From contig DASXAI010000158.1 of NCBI GenBank assembly GCA_036406775.1, forward strand, positions 1 to 34,244: 34,244 bases of DNA, written 5' to 3'. Under the pieces are notes generated by a model that was given only the letters and a program-made list of their open reading frames with translations, did not search any database and was not told the DNA's origin. Shown here in pieces: positions 27,150-34,244 of the stretch. Position 1 is the first letter of the stretch. Each line of letters begins with the position of its first letter. Position numbers and translations under genes: made by a program. This DNA comes from Acidimicrobiales bacterium (lineage in GTDB: Bacteria > Actinomycetota > Acidimicrobiia > Acidimicrobiales > Ilumatobacteraceae).

Positions 27150-28016
27150 ATGGGGGACGACGACCTGCGTTCGGTGGCGCGTCGGTTGCGCGATCTGGTG
27201 GAACCGCTGGCCGCCAACGTGTACTTCGCTCCGGAGGCGGCTGCGGCCTACGAAGGCCTCGGCGTCAAGGGCTTCGGGCCCGGCTACTTCGCCAGCCGCG
27301 GCGGCTGCCTGGGCGACGTCCCCGGCGAGGTGGTCGCGGCCGCCTTCGGCGTGTTCAAGCCGACGTTGGTGAAGGAATGTATCGACGCCGCTCACCGTAG
27401 AGCCGACGCCACGGCCATGGTGGCCGCTCGCGAACAGGGCGCCGTCGCGAGTCTCACTCGGATCCTGGGAGCCGACGACGACGCCATGGCCGGCGTGCCG
27501 AGAGCCACGGAGCTCCTGCAGCGAGCGGCGACCGCGGCCCCGCCGGGCGAGGGCCGCGCCTTGTACTCGGGCCTCACCGCGCTCGGCTACCCGGGCACGC
27601 CGATCGGCGACCTCTGGCGAGCCTGCGATCTGGTGCGGGAGCACAGGGGCGACAGCCACATCATCGCGTGGGTCGGTCACGGCCTCGACCCGATCCAGGC
27701 CAACATCACCACCGAGTTGTGGTGGCGACTCCCGTTGCGCTCGTACGTCCGGACCCGTGGCTGGTCGGAGGACGAGATCGACGGCGCCGTCGAGCGGCTG
27801 CGGGAGCGAGGTCTCGTGGAGGATGAGACCTTCACGGTCGACGGCGAGGCGCTGCGGGCCGACGTCGAGCTGTGCACCGACCGCCAGGAGCGCCCCATCG
27901 TCGAGGCCCTCGGTGACGACGCCGAGCAGCTCCTCCGTCTGCTCACGCCGATGACCGATGCCGTCATCGCGACCAAGGGGTACCCACGCGATCCCCGCAC
28001 GCTCACTCGACCCTGA
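27150..28016 (+). CDS. Conserved helical protein of unknown function (resembles what I recall as the 'SCO6745 family')
   Basis: [62 protein letters not shown] matches the N-terminal pattern of that actinobacterial family as I remember it. High GC3. The last 14 nt overlap the convergent ADH gene. Confidence 0.7.
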   Translation: MGDDDLRSVARRLRDLVEPLAANVYFAPEAAAAYEGLGVKGFGPGYFASRGGCLGDVPGEVVAAAFGVFKPTLVKECIDAAHRRADATAMVAAREQGAVASLTRILGADDDAMAGVPRATELLQRAATAAPPGEGRALYSGLTALGYPGTPIGDLWRACDLVREHRGDSHIIAWVGHGLDPIQANITTELWWRLPLRSYVRTRGWSEDEIDGAVERLRERGLVEDETFTVDGEALRADVELCTDRQERPIVEALGDDAEQLLRLLTPMTDAVIATKGYPRDPRTLTRP

Positions 28017-29004
28017 GCACCGCCGCGCCGGTGACCCGCCCGTGGGCGAGGTCGGCCAGCGCCGTCGAGGCCTTGTCCAGCGGATAGGGCGTGGTGGTCG
28101 TCCGGATGGGGATGGTCGCCGCCAGGGCGAGCAGCTCCTCGCCGTCGCGGCGGGTGTTGGCGGTGACGCTGCGGAGCTGGCGCTCCTCGAACAGCTCGTC
28201 GGTGTATCGGAGGCGCGGGATGTCCGTGAGGTGGATGCCGGCGATGGCCAGCGTGCCGCCGCGGTCGAGGGCGCGCAACGCCACCGGGACGAGATCGCCC
28301 ACCGGCGCAAAGAGGACGGCCGAGTCGAGCGGCTCGGGGGGTGAGTCGTAGGCGTCGCCGGCCGAGGCGCAGCCGAGCTCGAGGGCGAGCCGGCGCGCCT
28401 CGTCACCCCGCGTCAGCACGTGGACCGTGGCGCCCTCGTGCAGGGCGACCTGGGCCGTGATGTGGGCCGAACCGCCGAAGCCGTAGATGCCGAGGCGGCC
28501 ACCGGGCGGCAGCAGCGATCGGCGCAGGGCCCGGTAGCCGATGATGCCGGCGCACAGGAGCGGAGCGGCGTGCTCGTCGTCGAAGACGTCGGGGAGGCGG
28601 TAGGCGTAGGCCTCCTCGATCACGGCGTACTCGGCGTAGCCGCCGTCGGCGTCCCAGCCCGTGAAGCCGGGCGCCACGCACAGGTTCTCGTCGCCGCGAC
28701 GGCAGAACCGGCAGACCCCGTCGGTGTGCCGCAGCCACGGGATGCCGATGCGCTCGCCGGTGCGGAACCGGTCGGCCCCGGGACCGCGGTCGTCCACGAC
28801 GCCGACCACCTCGTGTCCGAGGACCACGCCGGGCCGCTTCGGCGTCAGGTCGCCCTCGGCCAGGTGGAGGTCGGTACGGCACACGCCACACGCCGAGACC
28901 CGGACCCGGACCTCGCCCGGCCCGGGCGTCGGGACCGGGCGCTCGACGAGTTCGACCGGGCCGGTGTCGATCGGACCCGGCTGGGTGACGGCCCAGGCGC
29001 GCAC
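28003..29004 (-). CDS. Zinc-dependent alcohol dehydrogenase (MDR superfamily)
   Basis: Catalytic and structural zinc motifs: [33 protein letters not shown]. Rossmann motif [13 protein letters not shown] start at 29004. Confidence 0.92.
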   Translation of the reverse strand: MRAWAVTQPGPIDTGPVELVERPVPTPGPGEVRVRVSACGVCRTDLHLAEGDLTPKRPGVVLGHEVVGVVDDRGPGADRFRTGERIGIPWLRHTDGVCRFCRRGDENLCVAPGFTGWDADGGYAEYAVIEEAYAYRLPDVFDDEHAAPLLCAGIIGYRALRRSLLPPGGRLGIYGFGGSAHITAQVALHEGATVHVLTRGDEARRLALELGCASAGDAYDSPPEPLDSAVLFAPVGDLVPVALRALDRGGTLAIAGIHLTDIPRLRYTDELFEERQLRSVTANTRRDGEELLALAATIPIRTTTTPYPLDKASTALADLAHGRVTGAAVLRVE

Positions 29005-29027
29005 CCCGCCAGGGTACGGTCAGGAAC

Positions 29028-30110
29028 GTGATCCTCGATTCGCTGGTCGTCGACGCCGGCGCCTTCGCCGAGCGGACGGGTTGGGTCGCCAAGCCCGAGG
29101 GCCTCTGCAAGGCCGAGATGTGCGTGCCGGCGCCCGGCGCCGATCGTGGCGACGGCACGTTGGACGTCGGCGTGGTAGCGGAGCGACTCCGGATGCCGCT
29201 CCTGCACGACGACACCTACGGCGTCTGGGCGCTGGGGCCGGAGTCCGGCGGCCGGGCGCTGGCGTCGGCCGAGGCCGCTGATCCCGAACTGATCACGGTC
29301 GACGGCAACCCGTTCAAGTTGTCGTCGCTCCACGGGCGCAAGGTGCTGCTCGTGGCGTGGGCCAGTTGGTGAGGCTGCCGCCTGAGCCTGCCCGGGTGGC
29401 AGGCACTGCACGCCGAGCTGTCGCCGCAAGGACTCACCGTCGTCACCGTCGCCCTCGACGTCAACCCTGACGACGCCCGGCCCTGGATCGCGGCGGCGGC
29501 ATTCACGCATCCGAGCCTCATCGACACGACCCACGTCACCGACGAGCTGTTCGGATTCATCAACGTGCCGATGGCGGTGTGGATCGACGAGCAGGGGATG
29601 CTGGTGCGGCCGGCCGAGCAAGCCGCCGTCGAGCGCAGCCCGCTGCGCGACGTCGAGATCCCCGACAACCTGCCGGACCGCCTGCACCAGATGCTGACGG
29701 AGGTCAAGCAGATCCACGACCCGTCAGACGACTATCGGTCCGCCCTCGTCGACTGGGTGACGAACGGCGCCGCCAGTCGCTTCGTGCTCACGCCCGACGA
29801 GGTCGTGGCCCGATCCGGTGACCGCCCGGTGGAGCACGCCCGCGCCGCCGCCGCCTTCGAGCTCGGCCAGCACCTGTGGCGCACGGTCGGCAACGACGCC
29901 GCCATTCCGTGGTGGCGGGAGGCGCATCGGCTGTTCCCCGACAACTGGACGTACAAGCGCCAGGCGTGGACGTTCGTCACCACGCCGCCGGGCGCCACCG
30001 AGCCCGACCTCATCCAGGGACCGAACGACGTGTACGAGGGCAACTGGCTCGACGACGTGCTCGCCGTCGGCGGAGGCGCCAACTACTACCGCCGCCCCGA
30101 CTTCAGCTAG
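29028..30110 (+). CDS. Candidate selenoprotein: ResA/TlpA-like thioredoxin-fold protein with in-frame UGA (Sec) at 29370-29372, motif W-A-S-W-U-G-C
   Basis: Track ORFs 29028..29372 and 29565..30110 share a frame. My translation of 29373-29564 shows no other stop. The TGA replaces the first redox Cys of the thioredoxin-fold motif (KVLLVAWASW*GCRLSLP...GLTVVTVALD). A SECIS-like hairpin follows. Confidence 0.7.
29386..29404 (+). promoter_or_regulatory. Candidate bacterial SECIS hairpin
   Basis: GCCUGCC-CGGGU-GGCAGGC: a perfect 7-bp stem with a 5-nt G-rich apical loop. The stem starts 13 nt after the UGA and the loop about 20 nt after it. Confidence 0.55.
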
Positions 30111-30141
30111 CTAGGGCGCCGGGCGAGGCCGACCTCAACGA

Positions 30142-30178
30142 GGCACGAAACTGCCCGCCTTCCGGGCAATTCCGTGCC
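30142..30178 (+). repeat. Nested-hairpin element, diverged copy D; possible terminator of the selenoprotein gene
   Basis: GGCACG-AAAC-TGCCCG ccttc CGGGCA-ATTC-CGTGCC. It has the same architecture as copies A-C and the same CGCC at the inner stem/loop junction. It lies 32 nt after the stop at 30110 and directly upstream of the -35 box. Confidence 0.5.
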
Positions 30179-30181
30179 CCC

Positions 30182-30210
30182 TTGCCTAGCGAACGTACGT
30201 TCGATATACT
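30182..30210 (+). promoter_or_regulatory. SigmaA-type promoter (TTGCCT-17-TATACT) with a perfect LexA/SOS box (CGAACGTACGTTCG, 30190-30203) in the spacer
   Basis: -35 TTGCCT at 30182-30187 and -10 TATACT at 30205-30210. A 14-bp perfect palindrome matches the Gram-positive/actinobacterial SOS-box core GAAC-N4-GTTC. GTG 30217 lies 6 nt after the -10, which implies a leaderless mRNA. Confidence 0.7.
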
Positions 30211-30216
30211 CGGGAC

Positions 30217-32226
30217 GTGCTGCGGTGGCGCACCGTCGAGGACGATCCGCAAGGGACGTTGTTCCGGGACGAGGAGCTGGTCGACCGGCATGTGGGCCGG
30301 GGCGAGTTCCGCGGCCTCGAGTTCTTCCACGTCCGCGCCCGGACTGTGATCAACCAGGTGCCGGCCTCGAGCCGCATGCCGTTCAGCCACACGATCAACG
30401 CCTACCGAGGTTGCAGCCATGCCTGTGTCTATTGCGTCCTCGGCGACACACCAGTGCTGATGGCGGACGGGACGGTGCGGCCGATCGTCGAGCTCGAGCC
30501 GGACGACGTAGTCGTCGGCACGGAACGCCACGGACGCTACCGCCGGTTCGTGCCGAGCCGCGTGTTGGATCGGTTCGCGAGCCGGCGAGAGGCCTATCGA
30601 GTGACGCTCGCCGACGGGACCGAGCTCGTCGCCAGCGGTGACCACCGTTTCCTTACCGGCCGGGGTTGGAAGCACGTCACAGGCGCAGAGCAGGGTGCCA
30701 GACGCCGACCCCACCTGACGTTGAACGATGAGCTCCTGGGCACGGGCGCCTTCGTTGCGCCGCCGGCCATCGACGCCGACTACCGACGCGGCTACCTGTC
30801 CGGAATGATCCGAGGCGACGGGCCCATCGGGCACTACGAGTACTCGTCGCGCCAGCGCCGAGACGTCTTCCACCGATTCCGTCTCGCCCTTGCTGACGAC
30901 GAAGCGTTGCTCCGCGCCCGAAACTACCTCGCGTCCTTTGGGGTGGAGACGGGCGAGTTCGCCTTCGGAGAAGGCAGTGAGACCCGCCGGCCGATGCGAG
31001 CGATCCGCTGCCAGAGCGCGGGCGCCGTGGCCAAGGTCGAGTCGCTCATCGCGTGGCCGGAGGCTCCGACCACGGCGTGGCGACGTGGATTCCTGGCCGG
31101 CATCTTCGACGCCGAGGGCAGCTACAGCCGCGGCATCCTGCGCATGTCGAACAAGGACCAGCGGATACTGGCCGAGATCGGGGGGTGCCTGATGTCGCTC
31201 GGCTTCCGCGTCGTGGTGGAGCCGGTACGTGCGAACGGCGTCTGCTGCCTACGTGTGCCCGGTGGGATCTGCGAACACATTCGCTTCTTCCACACCGTCG
31301 ATCCCGCCATCAGCCGAAAGCGCGCCATCGTCGGCCAGGCCATCAAGAACAAGGCCGACTTGCGGGTCAAGGCCGTCGAACCCGTCGGGCTCGAGCTTCC
31401 GATGTACGACATCACGACGACGACGGGTGACTTCATCGCCAACGGCGTGGTCAGCCACAACTGTTTCGCGCGGCCGACGCACGACTACCTGGGGTTCGGC
31501 ATCGGCGACGACTTCGACCGCAAGATCGTCGTGAAGGTCAACGCGGTCGAGCGCGTACGGGCCGAGCTGGCGTCGCCGCGGTGGGGTGGGCACGCCATCG
31601 CCATGGGCACCAACACCGACCCGTACCAGCGGGCCGAGGGCAAGTACCACCTGACGCAAGGCATCGTCGCCGCCCTCGGCGAGGCCGCCAACCCGTTCTC
31701 CATCCTCACCAAGTCGACGCTGATCCTGCGCGACCTCGATCTGTTGCAGGCGGCGGCCGTCCGCACCGACGTTCGCACCAGCTTCTCCATCGGCACCCTC
31801 GATCCCGACGTGTGGCGCCTCACCGAACCTGGCACGCCCCATCCCCGCCGACGCGTCGAGGCGGTGGCTCGACTGAACGAGGCCGGCATCCCGTGCGGCG
31901 TCCTCGTGGCGCCGGTGTTGCCCGGGCTGTCCGACCACGACGACCAACTGGCCGAAGTGGCGGAGGCCTGCGTCGACGCCGGGGCGACCTTCATCTCGGC
32001 GATGTACCTGCACCTGCGGCCCGGCGTGCGGGAGCACTGGATGCAGTGGATGCAGCGCGCCCTGCCCGATCGGGTGGCCGAGTACGAAGCGCGCTACGCG
32101 GGGCGCGCCTACCTCGGGTCGCGACAGCAGAAGGAGCTGGCGGCGCGGATGGACGGGATGGTGGCGGCGGCTCGACGCCGGGCCTCTCCCGTTTCACGCC
32201 AGAAAAACGACGCCCCACGTCGATAA
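30217..32226 (+). CDS. Radical SAM protein of the SplB/Rv2578c-like (DNA-repair-photolyase-like) family, interrupted by an intein
   Basis: Exteins: ...FSHTINAYRGCSHACVY | CFARPTHDYLGFGIGDDFDRKIVVKVNA...GTNTDPYQ...ILTKS. Joined, they restore the CxxxCxxC motif. The spliced product is predicted to be 326 aa. Confidence 0.9.
   Translation: MLRWRTVEDDPQGTLFRDEELVDRHVGRGEFRGLEFFHVRARTVINQVPASSRMPFSHTINAYRGCSHACVYCVLGDTPVLMADGTVRPIVELEPDDVVVGTERHGRYRRFVPSRVLDRFASRREAYRVTLADGTELVASGDHRFLTGRGWKHVTGAEQGARRRPHLTLNDELLGTGAFVAPPAIDADYRRGYLSGMIRGDGPIGHYEYSSRQRRDVFHRFRLALADDEALLRARNYLASFGVETGEFAFGEGSETRRPMRAIRCQSAGAVAKVESLIAWPEAPTTAWRRGFLAGIFDAEGSYSRGILRMSNKDQRILAEIGGCLMSLGFRVVVEPVRANGVCCLRVPGGICEHIRFFHTVDPAISRKRAIVGQAIKNKADLRVKAVEPVGLELPMYDITTTTGDFIANGVVSHNCFARPTHDYLGFGIGDDFDRKIVVKVNAVERVRAELASPRWGGHAIAMGTNTDPYQRAEGKYHLTQGIVAALGEAANPFSILTKSTLILRDLDLLQAAAVRTDVRTSFSIGTLDPDVWRLTEPGTPHPRRRVEAVARLNEAGIPCGVLVAPVLPGLSDHDDQLAEVAEACVDAGATFISAMYLHLRPGVREHWMQWMQRALPDRVAEYEARYAGRAYLGSRQQKELAARMDGMVAAARRRASPVSRQKNDAPRR
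30433..31461 (+). mobile_element. Intein (343 aa) with a LAGLIDADG homing-endonuclease domain
   Basis: Begins with Cys (CVLGDTPVLMADG, block A). Block B is LVASGDHRFLT. The two LAGLIDADG motifs are YLSGMIRGDG and FLAGIFDAEGS. It ends ...GDFIANGVVSHN, followed by the +1 Cys (CFARP). Confidence 0.9.
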
Positions 32227-32240
32227 ACCAGCGTGAAACG
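32190..32240 (+). repeat. Nested-hairpin element, copy B (contains the stop codon of the radical SAM gene)
   Basis: CGTTTCACGC cag AAAAA CGACG cccca CGTCG ATAAA cca GCGTGAAACG. It has a perfect 10-bp outer stem and a 5-bp inner stem. The TAA stop at 32224-32226 lies inside it. Confidence 0.75.
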
Positions 32241-32303
32241 GTGGGGCGAGGAGACCGGGCGCGACGAACCACTGGTCGACGGCACGCCGGTAGCGTGCTG
32301 GCG

Positions 32304-33179
32304 ATGGAGCACGTCCAGTGGTCCTCCCGTCCCACGCTGCACGATCCGTACCTGTTGGCCGCCTTCACGGGCTGGAACGACGCCGGCGACGCCGCCTCGT
32401 CGGCGATCCGGCACCTCATCGAGGTGTGGCGGGCCGAGAAGGTCGCCGCCATCGATCCGGAAGAGTTCTACGACTTCGGCACGACCCGGCCGCAGGTCCG
32501 CCTGGTCGACGGGCTCACCCGGGAGATCGTCTGGCCCACCAACGAACTGTGGGCGGCGTCGACCCCGGGCGGTGACGTCCTGCTCCTCGTCGGGGCCGAG
32601 CCCCAGCTGCGGTGGCGCACGTTCTGCGGCGAGATCACGGACATCGCCAAGGAGCAGCACGCCTCGCTGGTACTCACGCTGGGCGCCCTCCTCGCCGACG
32701 TCGTCCACTCCCGGCCGGTGTCGATGATCGGCACCGCCACCGACCAGGCTCTCATCGACCGTTTCCAACTGGCCCGCTCCCGCTACGAAGGACCCACCGG
32801 CATCCTCGGGGCGCTGAACGACGCCTGCAGCCGAGCCGGGCTCGCCTCGGCGTCGCTGTGGGCCGCCGTGCCCGCCTACGCACCCGGCATCGCGTCACCG
32901 AAGGCGGCGCTCGCCCTCGTCGAACGGGCGGCGGCCATCGTGGGGACACCGGCCGCGCCCGGTGCCCTCGATGCGGCGGTGACCGAGTACGAGACGGAGG
33001 TCGCCGAACTGGTCGCCAGTGACGACGATCTGGCCGGCTACGTGAGCCGGCTCGAGACCTACGCCGACGACGAGGATGAGGACGAGGAGGAACCGGCCGA
33101 CCCCGTCGCCGAGGACGCCACCGTGGAGCGGTTCGTGGAGGACGTCGAGCGCTTCCTGCGCGACCAGGGTCGGGACTGA
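32304..33179 (+). CDS. PAC2-family protein (proteasome-assembly-chaperone-2-like)
   Basis: MEHVQWSSRPTLHDPYLLAAFTGWNDAGDAASSAIRHL...EEFYDF...RP...GPTGILGAL...SLWAAVPAY, with an acidic C-terminal tail. This is the typical actinobacterial PAC2-family pattern. The portion of the track ORF upstream of 32304 is shadow overlapping the previous gene. Confidence 0.85.
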   Translation: MEHVQWSSRPTLHDPYLLAAFTGWNDAGDAASSAIRHLIEVWRAEKVAAIDPEEFYDFGTTRPQVRLVDGLTREIVWPTNELWAASTPGGDVLLLVGAEPQLRWRTFCGEITDIAKEQHASLVLTLGALLADVVHSRPVSMIGTATDQALIDRFQLARSRYEGPTGILGALNDACSRAGLASASLWAAVPAYAPGIASPKAALALVERAAAIVGTPAAPGALDAAVTEYETEVAELVASDDDLAGYVSRLETYADDEDEDEEEPADPVAEDATVERFVEDVERFLRDQGRD

Positions 33180-33182
33180 CGC

Positions 33183-33659
33183 ATGCCCGAAGTGGTGGCG
33201 ACCGCGTTGTGGCGCGTCACCGACGAGTTGCTCTTGGCCCTCGACGAGCGCTTCGGCGAGCCCGTCGACGCCTACCTGAACGGCGCGCAGGTGTGGTTGC
33301 GCGACGACGGGCCGGGCGGCGAAGTACTCGAGTGGCGGCTCCACCCCGTCGCCTCGTTCCGGCGGCCCGCCGGCGTCGACGCCCACGAGCTCCTCGCCAC
33401 CGTGGTCTACGCCCTGCGGACCGACACCGACCCGCCGGCCGCCATCGACACCCTGTGGGAAGGGCTCGAGGCGTTTCCGGCCTACGGCGACGAGCTCGAG
33501 CCGGCGCCGCTCGTGGCGGCGTGCACCGCCGTGCTCGGCATCGCGCCGGACGCCTACGGCGTCGTCAACCACGATCGCGTCGGCGACCAGTGGGAGCGGT
33601 CGTCCGGACAGACCTCGATCGTCGCCGAGTTGCGCGCCCAACTCGAAGGCGGCGCCTGA
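33183..33659 (+). CDS. Hypothetical protein (158 aa)
   Basis: The ATG is 4 nt after the PAC2 stop. High GC3. No family recognised. Confidence 0.6.
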   Translation: MPEVVATALWRVTDELLLALDERFGEPVDAYLNGAQVWLRDDGPGGEVLEWRLHPVASFRRPAGVDAHELLATVVYALRTDTDPPAAIDTLWEGLEAFPAYGDELEPAPLVAACTAVLGIAPDAYGVVNHDRVGDQWERSSGQTSIVAELRAQLEGGA

Positions 33660-33672
33660 CCCGGCCGCCGAT

Positions 33673-33711
33673 GTGACGGAAATGCACGCCACACACGTGC
33701 AAAACCGTCAC
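33673..33711 (+). repeat. Nested-hairpin element, copy C, between convergent genes
   Basis: GTGACGG-AAAT-GCACG ccacaca CGTGC-AAAA-CCGTCAC. The core GGAAATGCACGCCACACACGTGCAAAACC closely matches the copy A core GGAAATCCACGCCAGACGCAGCAAAACC. Confidence 0.75.
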
Positions 33712-33730
33712 GTCGCCGAAAGGGAGCGGC

Positions 33731-34244
33731 CTACTTCGGCGGAAGGTCGGGGCGCCAGACCGGCTGGCGCGGTGCGTCGAACGCCGTCTCCACCGGCTCC
33801 CCCTTGATGGCGGCGAAGGCCAGCGGCCCCCACCAGTCGACGCCCGCCGTCGGCCACGGGAGGGCGTCGGACGCGAACCAGCCCACGTCGGCCGTCTCGA
33901 GCGGGTGGGCCTGCAGCTCGCCGCCGAGGGCGCGGCAGTGGAAAACCACCATGTACATGCCGAAGCGGGTGAACCCGAGGCGCATGCCGTCGATGACCGC
34001 CAACACCCGCACCGGTTCGCACTGGATGCCGGTCTCCTCGGCCACCTCCTTCACCGCCACCTCGGCGGGCGAGTACCCGATGTCGGCCCATCCGGTCGGA
34101 TACAGCCACACCCCTGACTCGGCCCGCTTCACCAGCAGGATCTCGCCCCGGTCGTTGCCGACCACGGCGCCGATGGCGACCTTCGGCGTGACGTATCCCG
34201 GCACGCCTTCGCCGACCGACTCCATCCACTCCTGGATGAAGTGG
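33731..34244 (-). CDS. NUDIX hydrolase; the N-terminus continues beyond the right window edge
   Basis: Nudix box: GWADIGYSPAEVAVKEVAEETGI. The frame stays open upstream of the ATG at 34225 to the window end (..HFIQEW-MESVGEGVPGYVTPKV), consistent with the N-terminal extension domain found in some NUDIX proteins. Confidence 0.85.
   Translation of the reverse strand, partial: HFIQEWMESVGEGVPGYVTPKVAIGAVVGNDRGEILLVKRAESGVWLYPTGWADIGYSPAEVAVKEVAEETGIQCEPVRVLAVIDGMRLGFTRFGMYMVVFHCRALGGELQAHPLETADVGWFASDALPWPTAGVDWWGPLAFAAIKGEPVETAFDAPRQPVWRPDLPPK

Noticed and set aside
27135-28406. 423-aa minus-strand ORF, and similar shadows at 22766..23905 +, 20788..21957 -, 17685..18299 -, 28403..29215 -, 28845..29717 - and 30103..30873 -
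   Set aside because: Each overlaps one or two well-supported genes on the other strand or frame, and each translates to Arg/Pro/Gly-rich sequence with no domain signatures.
29028-29372. Treating 29028..29372 and 29565..30110 as two independent genes, or as a simple nonsense pseudogene
   Set aside because: They share a frame and there are no additional stops in the 192-nt gap. The TGA is exactly at the catalytic Cys column and a SECIS-like hairpin follows. The pseudogene alternative cannot be fully excluded without genome context (sel genes), so confidence is kept at 0.7.
31581-32303. The N-terminal 241 codons of track ORF 31581..33179
   Set aside because: They are out of frame over the radical SAM gene and Arg-rich. 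The PAC2-family homology begins at ATG 32304.

Overview
This is a high-GC (about 70% by eye) actinobacterial-type chromosomal segment. It is densely coding: about 29 protein genes and one initiator tRNA. I saw no rRNA, CRISPR array, transposase or integrase. Many long ORFs in the track are antisense or off-frame shadows typical of high-GC DNA, and I did not call them.

Gene content, left to right:
- A 5'-truncated giant multidomain surface protein that ends in five near-identical 279-bp FN3 repeats.
- A minus-strand cluster: TetR, secreted protein, TPP enzyme, alpha/beta hydrolase, GAP-family membrane protein. Two copies of a 16-bp palindromic operator candidate lie in it.
- A lower-GC islet of three orphan genes next to tRNA-fMet.
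- An AfsR/SARP-type STAND regulator followed by a cupin gene and a DrrAB-like ABC exporter.
- A UPF0182 membrane protein and a PDZ/Lon-S16 protease (a conserved actinobacterial pair), separated by a DivIVA-domain protein with a phage Mu-F-like C-terminus.
- Housekeeping-type genes: HEAT-repeat, GNAT, VOC, Zn-ADH, PAC2, NUDIX.

Most notable observations:
1. The track ORFs 29028..29372 and 29565..30110 are one reading frame interrupted only by a TGA. The TGA sits at the redox-cysteine position of a ResA/TlpA-like thioredoxin fold (WASW-U-GC). A SECIS-like hairpin follows 13 nt downstream, so this is a candidate selenoprotein.
2. A 343-aa LAGLIDADG intein is inserted inside the CxxxCxxC iron-sulfur motif of an SplB/Rv2578c-like radical SAM gene.
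3. That same gene has a textbook promoter (TTGCCT-17-TATACT) with a perfect LexA/SOS box in the spacer, and a leaderless GTG start.
4. A family of nested-hairpin elements (40-50 nt) recurs at gene 3' ends. One copy supplies the stop codon of the radical SAM gene.
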